IMG/VR virus record: IMGVR_UViG_3300033146_002139
Span: 39,707 to 103,706 of that record
Strand: one strand, 5' to 3'
Length of the DNA: 64,000 bases
Origin: a virus
Taxonomy: Duplodnaviria > Heunggongvirae > Uroviricota > Caudoviricetes
How positions within the stretch are numbered: position 1 is the stretch's first letter; every line of letters begins with the position of its first letter. The notes beneath the pieces are model-generated. The model was not told where the DNA came from, searched no databases, and was given only the letters and a program-made list of their open reading frames with translations. A program made the position numbers and the translations under genes. Below, one piece after another: positions 10,186-20,130 of this stretch.

Positions 10186-11106
10186 ATGGAAAAGACTTTT
10201 GCGGTTTTTTTGAGTGCTATATTAGACAATGGGTTTTGGGTGGTAACTGGAGTGCTTTTATTGGTTGTAATATTTACAGCTTTATGGAAGCTAGCTTTTA
10301 ACCCTTTTAAAACTATTGAGTACATAAGAAAGTACTTAAAAAACAAAAAACAAAGTAAAAAAGATGAGCTTCAAGTTACAACTATAAGTCAAACCGAACA
10401 AGCATTTGCTAGCCGGCTAAAAGAAGAAAATGAAAAAGAAGCACTTTCTGTTACAGGTTATACTAAACGTGAAAGAAAAATAAGAGTTGCCGAGTTAAGG
10501 GAAGATATTAATGTTATAGGAAATCTTAATAGATGGAGTAGAAGATTTGAAATGGAATCTACTTTTGATATTTTTACTACTGGAGAACACTCTACTGAAG
10601 ATATTGAAAAAAGAATATGGAATGCTAAAGTTTGGGCAAAAAATAAAGTTGACACATTTTCATTTGGCATGGACAAGATAATGGATGATTTTGAAAAATG
10701 CTATACAGAATACGGAGACAACTACTATCATTATCTTAGCTTTGAATATTGGGAAAAAGTTGTATTAAATGGCGTGGATGAATATAACAAAAAATGTATA
10801 ATGATGGGTATGAATAAAAATTTTTTAAAAAAAATAAGTGATAAACATGAATCTTCAATCCAATATGTTTTAAGTGAAATAAAAAGAACTTTAAAAACAA
10901 GAATTTTCAAGAACGACCCTATTATAATAGTAGAGGTTATATTCAACTCTTTTCAGACAGCATTTGATGAGGCTTTTAAACATTTAGATGAAATTATAAC
11001 TCTTAATGGAGAAGTTTCAAAAATACTAGAAAATTGGAAAATTCCTGCGATTACGTTGTCAGAGGAGTTAGATGCTGAAATCAACAATATAAGTTTTGAT
11101 GATTAA
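10186..11106 (+). CDS. Membrane-anchored hypothetical protein
   Basis: 306 aa with an N-terminal TM helix followed by a helical soluble region. Confidence 0.7.
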   Translation: MEKTFAVFLSAILDNGFWVVTGVLLLVVIFTALWKLAFNPFKTIEYIRKYLKNKKQSKKDELQVTTISQTEQAFASRLKEENEKEALSVTGYTKRERKIRVAELREDINVIGNLNRWSRRFEMESTFDIFTTGEHSTEDIEKRIWNAKVWAKNKVDTFSFGMDKIMDDFEKCYTEYGDNYYHYLSFEYWEKVVLNGVDEYNKKCIMMGMNKNFLKKISDKHESSIQYVLSEIKRTLKTRIFKNDPIIIVEVIFNSFQTAFDEAFKHLDEIITLNGEVSKILENWKIPAITLSEELDAEINNISFDD

Positions 11107-11563
11107 AGGAAGTCAAATGTATATAATAGTAATAATGATGATATATTTTATAGCACAAGGGATAATAGAAGGCCAACATTGGTCTAAGCCTAAAGTATAT
11201 TCAGCATTTAATATTGATTATCACAGTTGGAGATTACTTGAAGTTTTTACTATATGGATAGGATTTTTTATTGCATATTTATTTATTCTTGATATTAATA
11301 GTATATCTATAGATATACTACCTCCTTTTATCGGATTTGTAGGATATGGACTGTTAGGCAATTATGTTTACGAAAAATTTTTAAAAAAAGTATCTAAAGG
11401 GAGTTTTTTTAACTTAAGTACATCAAGAGATTATTTTTTAATTTTTAATTATAAATTCTTTTTTAATAAAAACCGATTTATTAAATTATTTCATAAATAT
11501 ATCTATGAATTAAGCCTGATTTTATCTATAATATTTATTATTATAGGAGAACTTTATGTATAA
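11096..11563 (+). CDS. Multi-pass membrane protein
   Basis: 155 aa with about four hydrophobic segments; overlaps its neighbours in operon fashion. Confidence 0.65.
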   Translation: MMIKGSQMYIIVIMMIYFIAQGIIEGQHWSKPKVYSAFNIDYHSWRLLEVFTIWIGFFIAYLFILDINSISIDILPPFIGFVGYGLLGNYVYEKFLKKVSKGSFFNLSTSRDYFLIFNYKFFFNKNRFIKLFHKYIYELSLILSIIFIIIGELYV

Positions 11564-11924
11564 CTGCGACGGATATAAAGAGCTAATATTAGAAAAAGAA
11601 AATTTATTAAAACTTAAAAAACAAATACTTGAAAAACTTATAGATTTGGCTGCTGTAAATAAAGCTAAAGCAATAGAAATAAAAGAATTACAAGATAATA
11701 TATATAATATACAAAAAGCTATAAAGACAAATAAAGATATAGTAAACAAATTAGACAGAAATATTGAAATACTTCTTAAAAAATATTTTTCATTAAAAGT
11801 TGCCATAGTTATTTTGGTCTTTTTTTTTAGTTTTGTAATGTTTACAGATAATACAACAATAACAAACCATAGTGAGATGAAAACGAATACTAAGTTAATT
11901 AAAGGACTTAAAAAGGAACCGTAA
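11556..11924 (+). CDS. Coiled-coil membrane protein (holin/lysis-like candidate)
   Basis: Coiled-coil N-terminus and one C-terminal TM helix. Confidence 0.55.
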   Translation: MYNCDGYKELILEKENLLKLKKQILEKLIDLAAVNKAKAIEIKELQDNIYNIQKAIKTNKDIVNKLDRNIEILLKKYFSLKVAIVILVFFFSFVMFTDNTTITNHSEMKTNTKLIKGLKKEP

Positions 11925-12056
11925 ATGAGTGATAAGTTATTAAAAGCATTTAACAGAGTAGTAAAAGAGTATGTAAAACAAAGAATATCCATATATGAAT
12001 TAGATATGAAATTATATGCGATACGTTATTATGAAAAGATAGAAAGAAAACAATGA
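11925..12056 (+). CDS. Small hypothetical protein (43 aa, not in the ORF track)
   Basis: The ATG abuts the stop of the previous gene and the TGA overlaps the next ATG (ATGA); MSDKLLKAFNRVV... Confidence 0.45.
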   Translation: MSDKLLKAFNRVVKEYVKQRISIYELDMKLYAIRYYEKIERKQ

Positions 12057-12259
12057 AATCGAATAACAATATACATAAATTTTTTAGTATAAAATTAATG
12101 TTAACTATTTTCTATACTGTACTATTCACATTTTTACTTAAAGAGAAAATGATAACAGAAACTCCATATGTGAATTTAATAACTATTATAATAACCGTAT
12201 ATTTTACCGCAAATGTAGGAACAAAAGCTGTATCAAAATATACAAGAGGTAGTAAATGA
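12053..12259 (+). CDS. Holin-like two-TM protein
   Basis: 68 aa with two hydrophobic helices and a basic C-terminus. Confidence 0.45.
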   Translation: MKSNNNIHKFFSIKLMLTIFYTVLFTFLLKEKMITETPYVNLITIIITVYFTANVGTKAVSKYTRGSK

Positions 12260-12855
12260 AAGTATCTAAATTTATTATATATATTATTATTATTATAAGC
12301 ATTTATATTCTTGGCTTCATATCCAACAAACAGGAAACTAAAATAGTTACAATACCTGATAGCTTAAAAATAACAAGCATGAAATTTCAGTTAGATAGCA
12401 TAAAGAAAAGTATAGTAGCTAAGGTAGATACATCTGAAAAAATAAAACCTAAAATAATAATTAAATGGTATCCTAAATATATAAAAGGCGATACAATAAA
12501 AATCTTTCAAAAGGACACCGTATATAAAGCATTGTTTGAAATAAGCGATAAATATATAAAAATATGGGGACACACAGAATATCATACTTCCGCTAATAAC
12601 ACTTTTGACATACATTATATAATACATCCTAGAGATTTAAGAGCTGAAACATTTTGGACTAATGGTCAAATATTCACCGAAGTATACGAAGGAGATATTA
12701 AGTTAAAAATTAAAAATAAAATTGATTACAAAGAATATAATCTTTACGTCAAAAGCTTAAAACCTAAATGGTACGAAGCTCCAATGTTTGTTATTCCTGT
12801 AACTTTTACAGTGACACTGCTAGGAGTTTGGGGTCTTAACAATGCAATTGACTAA
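12256..12855 (+). CDS. Membrane-anchored protein (spanin-like candidate)
   Basis: N-terminal TM and C-terminal hydrophobic segment; follows the holin-like gene. Confidence 0.4.
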   Translation: MKVSKFIIYIIIIISIYILGFISNKQETKIVTIPDSLKITSMKFQLDSIKKSIVAKVDTSEKIKPKIIIKWYPKYIKGDTIKIFQKDTVYKALFEISDKYIKIWGHTEYHTSANNTFDIHYIIHPRDLRAETFWTNGQIFTEVYEGDIKLKIKNKIDYKEYNLYVKSLKPKWYEAPMFVIPVTFTVTLLGVWGLNNAID

Positions 12856-12882
12856 ATAAAATTTGTTTAAGAGTGGAGGATT

Positions 12883-13659
12883 ATGAAGTACATAACAAAA
12901 AAGATTAAAATGGATAAAGTTGAAATTGTATGCCTTGGAGATTGGCATTTAGGAGATTCAAATTTTGACGAAAGAAAAGCAAAGCAGTATATAGATTATG
13001 TAAATAACAACGACAATGTTTTTGTCATCTGTATGGGAGATTTAGTTAACACAGCATTAAAAGGTAGTGTTAGTGATGTATACGGAAATAGGATGACACC
13101 GAAAGAAGAAATAGACAAGATATGTTCTCAAGAGTATCTTGGAAGTATAGATAAAAGAAAGTTCATAGCCTTTACAGATGGTAATCACGAAGGAAGGCTT
13201 AAAAAAGAAACGTCAATAAGCTCAAGTGATATTATTGTAGATAGGTTAGGAATTAGAGATATTTATGCTCCAACAATCGGAGTTGTAAATGTGCAACTAA
13301 ATCATAATAGTTACTACATATCGTTATCTCACGGAACAGGAGGAGGAAGCACTCTTGGAGGGAAAGCAAACAGACTTGACAAGCTTTCTTCTATAATAGC
13401 CGGATGTGATATTATAATGATGGGGCACACTCATCAAGGAATGCATATCCTTAAGTCACAATTTGTAGTAGATAAAAAACATGAAAAAGTAGTAGAACAA
13501 AAAACCCATCTCATCAACACAGGCAGTTTGCTGAAATACGAAGGAGGCTATGCCGAAAGAATGAATCTTATGCCGGTAACATTAGGGTTGGCAATTATAG
13601 GGCTAACAGCAGGAGGAAAGAGAATTCCTAAAAAAATAACAGCTAGATGGCATATTTAA
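12883..13659 (+). CDS. Calcineurin-like metallophosphoesterase
   Basis: GDWHLG, GDLVN, GNHE, SHG and GHTH motifs in canonical order. Confidence 0.9.
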   Translation: MKYITKKIKMDKVEIVCLGDWHLGDSNFDERKAKQYIDYVNNNDNVFVICMGDLVNTALKGSVSDVYGNRMTPKEEIDKICSQEYLGSIDKRKFIAFTDGNHEGRLKKETSISSSDIIVDRLGIRDIYAPTIGVVNVQLNHNSYYISLSHGTGGGSTLGGKANRLDKLSSIIAGCDIIMMGHTHQGMHILKSQFVVDKKHEKVVEQKTHLINTGSLLKYEGGYAERMNLMPVTLGLAIIGLTAGGKRIPKKITARWHI

Positions 13660-13675
13660 CTATAAAGGAGAAGAG

Positions 13676-14278
13676 ATGCTTGAGTTTGATTCTAATGAAG
13701 AAATATATTTTTCGTGGTACCTAGATGAATTGCTAAAAAGTGGATTTATAAGAAAATGGAAACTACATCCAATAACATTTGAATTGTCAGATAAAAAAAC
13801 ATATGCATGGAATGAACAGCTAAAAACAAAAGTAAAAATAAAAGAACAGACATTGTTTCAGCCGCATAACTACACACCTGACTTCTTGATAGAGTGGACA
13901 GAAAAAGCCAGAAGCTTATTTTTCAATTCTACAGAAGATAGGGCTAATTTAAAAAACGTTCCATTTATTTCACAAAAATTAGCAAACGAACATGGAGACG
14001 AAGTTGAAACCACTATAATAGATATAAAACCAACTTTCGACCAAAATAATATGACAAGATTATTTTCTATAAATCAAAAATGGGTATATGATAAATTAGG
14101 GGTTTATGTTCAAAAGATAATACCACTGAGCAGTAAAAAACCAAAAGTAAAAGGGTTGTTTGAAAAAACTTTTGTTCCAACAAAATACCTTCTTACAGAT
14201 AAAAGTAAAAAAGCAAGAAAGATAAATTTCAAAATAAAACAATTAAAACAATTTCTAATGGAGGCTTATAATGTCTAG
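13676..14278 (+). CDS. PD-(D/E)XK-type endonuclease
   Basis: YTPDFLI...IIDIKP catalytic motif. Confidence 0.7.
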   Translation: MLEFDSNEEIYFSWYLDELLKSGFIRKWKLHPITFELSDKKTYAWNEQLKTKVKIKEQTLFQPHNYTPDFLIEWTEKARSLFFNSTEDRANLKNVPFISQKLANEHGDEVETTIIDIKPTFDQNNMTRLFSINQKWVYDKLGVYVQKIIPLSSKKPKVKGLFEKTFVPTKYLLTDKSKKARKINFKIKQLKQFLMEAYNV

Positions 14279-14996
14279 TGTGTTTAAAACAGATATTAAA
14301 AAAACTATAGCTGATAGCTTATTGGCTCAAAAAATCAGCCCAGAACAATCATCTCAACTCAATGCACTAATAGAGAGTATGTCGTTGTTAAACTACAAAG
14401 AGATAAATTACACCGATTTTGACAAAGAAAATTCAAATGGTATAATCTTCTCGGATAACGACAGAGTGGCAGGATACGCAATAGCAGCTCCTGTAAAATA
14501 CGGAAACACGGTAGAAGAGTCTATCTTTACTGCAGACCCAATTAACACTCTAACAACAACACGAACAGAAATTTCAAATGTTGTAATAAAATCGCAAGAT
14601 GGATTAACTATGTATACAGAAACTACCGATTATACATTTGACTCAACCACTGGAGTTATTACTAGAATAACTGCTGCTCTTGGAGGTAATATTACAGACG
14701 CAGAAGCTGTTTCAATATCTTACTTTTCAAGTGAAAATGTAACACCTGGAACTGCAACACTCCAAACAAAAGTCATTAATATTGGAGCTTCAATGATAAA
14801 AGCTATCAAGTTAAATGCGGTAGATGAAAATGTAGAACTTCAACTTAGTAAAGATGGAATAAGTTATTTCAACGTTCCTTCTTACAATATTTTTGAAGAA
14901 ATTCTAGAAACTGAAGAATTATATATTCGAGTCATTGTGCCTGCGGGAAACAGTATTAGAAATATAATAGTATCTTACGAAAAAATAATTAAATAA
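14271..14996 (+). CDS. Hypothetical protein, probably virion-associated
   Basis: 241 aa with a beta-rich Y.E.TDYT.D..TG.ITR segment; lies just before the head genes. Confidence 0.6.
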   Translation: MSSVFKTDIKKTIADSLLAQKISPEQSSQLNALIESMSLLNYKEINYTDFDKENSNGIIFSDNDRVAGYAIAAPVKYGNTVEESIFTADPINTLTTTRTEISNVVIKSQDGLTMYTETTDYTFDSTTGVITRITAALGGNITDAEAVSISYFSSENVTPGTATLQTKVINIGASMIKAIKLNAVDENVELQLSKDGISYFNVPSYNIFEEILETEELYIRVIVPAGNSIRNIIVSYEKIIK

Positions 14997-15000
14997 ATAC

Positions 15001-15029
15001 TTGATTTTTTAACAAATATTTCTTATTTT
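15001..15029 (+). promoter_or_regulatory. Sigma70-like promoter for head genes
   Basis: TTGATT-N17-TATTTT. Confidence 0.45.
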
Positions 15030-15103
15030 TAACATATGTCTGAAATAGTTCAGACCTTACCCCTTAAATAAGAAGAAAAAAAAGATTATAAAGGAGATTA
15101 CAA

Positions 15104-15511
15104 ATGGCCGAATATAATGCAAAACTAGGAAGTCAAACAACTTCTCATGTTGAGATTTTACAGAGCTTAGGAAACTTTCCATATTTACAGCAAAACTTTG
15201 AAGGACCCGAAACTGCTGGTGTAGCAGATGTTCTTGTTCTAGCAATTGGAGATGCTTTAAAAATGGTTGCAGGAAAAATAGAAAGATATCAAGATGGTGA
15301 TACTGAAGACATCTTTGCTGTTGCTGCTGAGTCTTATGATTCTACAGTGTTAAACACTACTGGAGCACCTGCTGGACACATTGATACATATGCTTTTGGT
15401 TGTCTAAAAAAAGATTCAATTTTTAAGTTAGACGGACCTGGAACTGGTAGAGAGCTTCTGTCAAGTACTGATTTAATCAAAGCAAAGAAAATGGGACTTT
15501 ATCTTTTATAA
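15104..15511 (+). CDS. Head decoration protein (lambda gpD-like position)
   Basis: 135 aa immediately upstream of the major capsid gene with a strong RBS. Assignment rests mainly on size and synteny. Confidence 0.55.
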   Translation: MAEYNAKLGSQTTSHVEILQSLGNFPYLQQNFEGPETAGVADVLVLAIGDALKMVAGKIERYQDGDTEDIFAVAAESYDSTVLNTTGAPAGHIDTYAFGCLKKDSIFKLDGPGTGRELLSSTDLIKAKKMGLYLL

Positions 15512-15577
15512 GATATAGTTTTATATAAAATTTAATACATATTTTATTATGTAGATTAATATTAAGGAGAATACAAA

Positions 15578-16588
15578 ATGGCTTTACAAATTGACTTAGA
15601 TAGATATTTTACTGCAGAGGCAATTGGGCAAGTTCTATATGACGCAGAGCCTGTTAGAACTCCAATATGGAGCAGAGTGTTTAGTAAGACTAAACAACAT
15701 CCACTTCCTCACATAAGTAAAAAAACTTTTGTTGAAACTACTGGTAATATTCCGGTAATAAAAAGAGGTTCGAGCTCTATTGGTGTTTATGACGGTGAAG
15801 ATACTGTTGATTTATTTGACCCACAACCTTTAGCAGTTAATACTATTATAAAAGCAAGTGACTTTTTAAACCTTCAAATGGTTGGTGATGAATCAACTCT
15901 TCAAGATTGGGTAGCTGATAAGCTTTCAATGTTAAGAGACAGAATCTTTACTACTATTGAAGCTTTATGTATCCAAGCTTTTGTTGATGGTGAGATTAAC
16001 TATGCTATCAAGATTTACGAAGGAGACCTTGGTGATTACAAAGTTAACTTTGGTAATTTAATTCCAGTTCCTGTAGCATTTACAGGTGTTTGGGGTGGTG
16101 CTACGATTGAAAACATTTTCAAGGACATTTTAGTCTTGAAAAATGCAATCAAGAAGCATACTAGATATGGTTCTACTATTGGTATCTTAGCAGGTGAAAC
16201 AGCTTTCTATACTTTAGTAGGAAAAGCTGAAGGAATGATGACTTCGACTACAGTTAATATGAGAATTGAAGAAGACACTGTTCTTATCAATGGTACTAAA
16301 ATAGAGTATATGGGCGATGCTGGATATACTGATTTAAAAACTGGTGCTTGGGTTGATGCTATTGGAACTAATGATATAGTTCTTTTTGCAGAAGACGCTC
16401 CGTTCCAATTAAACTATCTAGCAATTGATGACTTTGATGCTATTACAGGTGGTCCTCAAGTTGTTGCTAGAAGCTTCTTCCCTAAGTCAATCAGGCAAGA
16501 TGACCCTAGTGGATACAAGATTCTAGTACAATCGAAACCATTTCCTATGAGTGTTCCTTTGGCTACCCTGAAGGTAACTGTAATTTAG
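15578..16588 (+). CDS. Major capsid protein (lambda gpE-like family)
   Basis: 336 aa. IPVIKRGS, a helical segment ending TIEALCIQAFVDG.I and C-terminal LVQSKPFP are typical of HK97-fold capsid E proteins. RBS AAGGAG. Confidence 0.8.
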   Translation: MALQIDLDRYFTAEAIGQVLYDAEPVRTPIWSRVFSKTKQHPLPHISKKTFVETTGNIPVIKRGSSSIGVYDGEDTVDLFDPQPLAVNTIIKASDFLNLQMVGDESTLQDWVADKLSMLRDRIFTTIEALCIQAFVDGEINYAIKIYEGDLGDYKVNFGNLIPVPVAFTGVWGGATIENIFKDILVLKNAIKKHTRYGSTIGILAGETAFYTLVGKAEGMMTSTTVNMRIEEDTVLINGTKIEYMGDAGYTDLKTGAWVDAIGTNDIVLFAEDAPFQLNYLAIDDFDAITGGPQVVARSFFPKSIRQDDPSGYKILVQSKPFPMSVPLATLKVTVI

Positions 16589-16608
16589 AGGTACCTTGAT
16601 AATAATGG

Positions 16609-16637
16609 TTGACATTTATTAAACAAATCCCTATATT
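16609..16637 (+). promoter_or_regulatory. Sigma70-like promoter of the HNH gene
   Basis: TTGACA-N17-TATATT. Confidence 0.7.
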
Positions 16638-16687
16638 GTTGTTAGTGTGAAATTACTCGCATTGACAACAATATAAGGAGATTTAAA

Positions 16688-17794
16688 ATGACAGAACAAT
16701 GGAAAAGTATTAAAGGATTCGAGAACTACGAAATAAGCAACGCAGGTAATGCAAGAAAAAAAGAAGAAACACTAATAAGAAGTGATGGAAAGCCATACAC
16801 ATTCGAGTTAAAGGTTTTAAAGCAAGAATTACTAGGAAATGGACTCTTGCGAATTGTTCTTAAAAATAGCCATAAAGTTAAAAAGCGAATTAAAGTACAT
16901 ATTTTAGTTGCTGAATACTTTGTTGATAAGAATGACAACGATAATATCATAAGTCATGTTGACGGAAACTTACAAAATAATAATGCATCAAACTTAAAGT
17001 GGAGCCATAGAAGTGTTAGGCAGAAAAAAATACTTAAACCTTTAAGCGATAAAAAAGATGATGCTAAAAACGGTATTTTTTGGAAAGCTGTAAAAAACTT
17101 TGAGGGGTTTTACGAAGTTAGTAATATGGGTACAATTAGAAGCCTAGATAGAGTTGTTAATGATTTAAGATGGGGGTCTAGTTTTGTAAAGGGACAAATT
17201 CTTAATCCAGAAAAAACAGCATCGTTAAGTGTTAGATTGTCAAATAACAGTATATCTAAAAAAAGATTTAAAGTACAAGATTTAGTTTGCAATGCTTTTA
17301 TCAGAGACATCGAATTTAATGAGTATATATTATTTAAAAACAACAATAGACACGACTGTTCAGTTTTCAATATAGAAATAGAAAAGATAAAAGAAACAAG
17401 AGTAACGAAACATCTTGAACAAGAAAAAATGCTTGAAGGGGAAATATGGAAAACAGTACCTTTTGCACTTAAATATCAAATATCATCGAAAGGAAGAGTT
17501 AGAAGTTCTTTTGGAAGACTAATGTCTTTATCTAACTCTCAGGATTATACAAGTGTATCTGTAATAACAGACGAGAAAAAACACAAAACAATTCGTGTTC
17601 ACAGATTAGTAGCAACCACATTTATAGCTAACCCTGAAAATAAGCTTGTAGTTAACCATAAGAATGGGGATAAAAGCGACAATAGAGTAGAAAATTTAGA
17701 ATGGCTAACACAATCAGAAAATGTATTACATGCTCATAATAATAACCTGTATGGCAGAAATAAAAACAATAAAAAAGAAAATAAAGAAAAATAA
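16688..17794 (+). CDS. Free-standing NUMOD4-HNH homing endonuclease with three NUMOD4 repeats
   Basis: Three WK.(I/V)....Y.(I/V)SN/S.G..R motifs. An intact HNH sits at the C-terminus (VHRLVA...VNHKNGDKSDNRVENLEW). Confidence 0.88.
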   Translation: MTEQWKSIKGFENYEISNAGNARKKEETLIRSDGKPYTFELKVLKQELLGNGLLRIVLKNSHKVKKRIKVHILVAEYFVDKNDNDNIISHVDGNLQNNNASNLKWSHRSVRQKKILKPLSDKKDDAKNGIFWKAVKNFEGFYEVSNMGTIRSLDRVVNDLRWGSSFVKGQILNPEKTASLSVRLSNNSISKKRFKVQDLVCNAFIRDIEFNEYILFKNNNRHDCSVFNIEIEKIKETRVTKHLEQEKMLEGEIWKTVPFALKYQISSKGRVRSSFGRLMSLSNSQDYTSVSVITDEKKHKTIRVHRLVATTFIANPENKLVVNHKNGDKSDNRVENLEWLTQSENVLHAHNNNLYGRNKNNKKENKEK

Positions 17795-17796
17795 AA

Positions 17797-18198
17797 ATGG
17801 CATTATTACTAACAGCAGAAACACTTAGAGAAGAACTAGGTTCTCACAACTATAGAATGCTTACTCAGAACGACGATGAGAATGCGGAAAAAGCACTAAG
17901 AAAGGCAAAGATATTTGTTGCTTCTGTATTCAAAAGAGCCAACAAAGAATCTGACTACGACGAACTTGATGACAGCACTTCAGAAGCAGTAGTATTTAGG
18001 GCATTATTTGAACTTTATGTTAAGGTTAAGCAATATGACTACGCAACAAAAGCAAGAAATGAGAGCCAGGCTATTCTCATAAACATATTAGGAGCTGTGG
18101 CAGATATCTATACAGACGATAATATGGTAGGAAACAGTAGAAGTAAAACAACAATTTCCTCTATAAAGGGAAAATCTAAGTGGAACGGATACTCTTAA
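17797..18198 (+). CDS. Head-tail adaptor (Mu gp36/DUF1320-like)
   Basis: 133 aa, helical; first gene after the capsid block. Confidence 0.55.
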   Translation: MALLLTAETLREELGSHNYRMLTQNDDENAEKALRKAKIFVASVFKRANKESDYDELDDSTSEAVVFRALFELYVKVKQYDYATKARNESQAILINILGAVADIYTDDNMVGNSRSKTTISSIKGKSKWNGYS

Positions 18199-18207
18199 GG
18201 ACATAAT

Positions 18208-18798
18208 ATGGACATGAAAAATGCAGTAGATTTAGCAAAAAAACTTTGTTCTCATGAAGTTAGTATTGCAGGGAAAATAGAAAATGGGTTAATTCCAGCG
18301 AATTCTGAATTAAGCATCAGGATTGGCCCGAAAGAATTCAGGCGCTATTATAATTATCCGGAAAAGATAAATATAACATCAACTGCAATTGGAGCTACTG
18401 TTGAAACAACTACTATTACAGTAGACATCAACCCTCTCTTACTCAACCACGATGATATAATCATATCGGAAACTGTTAATTACGAGGGGATTCATGAGGT
18501 TGCTAGATACAACAAATTGAGCAAATCGTTTGATATTGAAATGCCTTTTGTCGGAACAGAAACAGGAACTATTACAAATTACACACTAGATACAATCAGA
18601 ACTGCGCATGCGTGGTTTATTTTATATTTCTCAACTTTTACATTACAAGAGCTAAAGGCAAATGTAGTGATACCTTTATCTGAAACATTCGACAAAGGAA
18701 AGGTTGAGGTGTTCAAGCAAACTGAAATAGAAATATTAAGAAATGACTATCTTAGAAATGCCTTAGTGATAATAGGACAATTAAATGCAATTGTATAG
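18208..18798 (+). CDS. Putative head completion protein
   Basis: 196 aa, assigned from synteny only. Confidence 0.45.
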   Translation: MDMKNAVDLAKKLCSHEVSIAGKIENGLIPANSELSIRIGPKEFRRYYNYPEKINITSTAIGATVETTTITVDINPLLLNHDDIIISETVNYEGIHEVARYNKLSKSFDIEMPFVGTETGTITNYTLDTIRTAHAWFILYFSTFTLQELKANVVIPLSETFDKGKVEVFKQTEIEILRNDYLRNALVIIGQLNAIV

Positions 18799-19417
18799 AA
18801 AGAGGCATTCTATTGATACTGTTCTTCACAAGGTTAACGGTCGGTTGCATGGTGACTTAGCCGATATACTAGAAGAAGACGTAAGAGTTTTCTGTAAAAA
18901 TGTAGTAACTTATTCTGAAATTCTTTTAAAAAAGAAAGGTAGATATGCCACGAAGCAGTTGTATCGTTCTTTACAATACAGGATGTCTAAAGTTCAAAAA
19001 GACGGAGAGTCAAAATTAAGAGCCACCGTATCTGCAAATGCGAAAGCAAAAGGAAACCGTTTCCGTTATGGAAATACGATAGGATACGGATTTAGAGCTG
19101 ACGCTGAAAAAGTACCTGTAGACCCTGAAGGAATTAGAGCATGGGTAAAAGCTAAAAGAATCAAAGGATGGAAAAGAAGGGTTAAAGACTCTTCTGGTCA
19201 ATACAAGGATACTGATAATATTCTGTCGGAAGAACAAATATCAAGATTAATTACTGCTTCACTGTTAAAACGGGGTAGGTTTGAAAAGTTAGCAGAAGAT
19301 GGAGATAGATTTTTTCATAAGGCTTTTAATAAACATATAAAAGACCTTAGACCGACTATAGAAAAACATGTTAAAAAAAATGTAACAAAGTATATTAACG
19401 AAGTATTTGGAAAATAA
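18785..19417 (+). CDS. Putative neck/tail completion protein (HK97 gp10 / Mu gpG-like)
   Basis: Basic 210-aa protein with LYRSLQY, IRAWVKAKRI and RFFHKAF patterns typical of this family; synteny agrees. Confidence 0.55.
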   Translation: MQLYRKRHSIDTVLHKVNGRLHGDLADILEEDVRVFCKNVVTYSEILLKKKGRYATKQLYRSLQYRMSKVQKDGESKLRATVSANAKAKGNRFRYGNTIGYGFRADAEKVPVDPEGIRAWVKAKRIKGWKRRVKDSSGQYKDTDNILSEEQISRLITASLLKRGRFEKLAEDGDRFFHKAFNKHIKDLRPTIEKHVKKNVTKYINEVFGK

Positions 19418-20109
19418 TGAGTTCAGAAATGATTACATATGAAACTCCGGAAGAAACCAGAGACAAATTCATAGACTCGATTGACCTAGAAGTCAGTGGC
19501 ATTCCATTGTTTAATAGAAACGTGCAAATAATAAACATGACCGACTCAACCAAAAGTCCTGGCAAAATGACTACTATAATAGTTAACAGGCCTTTGAATA
19601 AGGTAGAGTCTGATTCTGTATATGTATCAGGAACTTTAAGCTGTGATGGCTCGAAAGTTATATACAATCTCTCAGATGACAGAAAGTCGTTTGACATAGA
19701 TGTTGTTTACACCTCGCCTCAAGGTGGGGAAATAGACGGAACAGGACAATTTTATGGCGAAGACATAGAGGATGATGAGCAAAAAAATCTTCCTTGTATA
19801 GTCGTCGCTGGAGAAGAGACTGATTTTGTCGAAGATAATACTAATCAAACATCATTAACAAAGGTATTATTCTTATATGATTTTATAATATATTCAGACG
19901 ATATAAATAATTATAAAGGGTCAACAAAAAGAGAAAGACTTAAGAGTGCTAAAAAATTCGTATGGAATGTAGCATTCAATATATTCAGAACGGCTAGGGG
20001 TAAGCAATTTGATATAAGTGTTGAAAATCTATATGTTGACGGATATGTGACAAATAAAACCACAGAAATAGCGATAGCTCACTGTGAATTAAAAATATAC
20101 CAAAAATAA
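19417..20109 (+). CDS. Putative tail terminator protein
   Basis: NLPCIVV motif; lies directly before the tail tube gene. Confidence 0.5.
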   Translation: MSSEMITYETPEETRDKFIDSIDLEVSGIPLFNRNVQIINMTDSTKSPGKMTTIIVNRPLNKVESDSVYVSGTLSCDGSKVIYNLSDDRKSFDIDVVYTSPQGGEIDGTGQFYGEDIEDDEQKNLPCIVVAGEETDFVEDNTNQTSLTKVLFLYDFIIYSDDINNYKGSTKRERLKSAKKFVWNVAFNIFRTARGKQFDISVENLYVDGYVTNKTTEIAIAHCELKIYQK

Positions 20110-20130
20110 ATTAAAATCAAGGAGTATAAA

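Noticed and set aside
9771-12855. Endolysin assignment
   Set aside because: Holin- and spanin-like membrane genes are present, but no ORF shows a recognisable muramidase, amidase or peptidase motif, so none was called.
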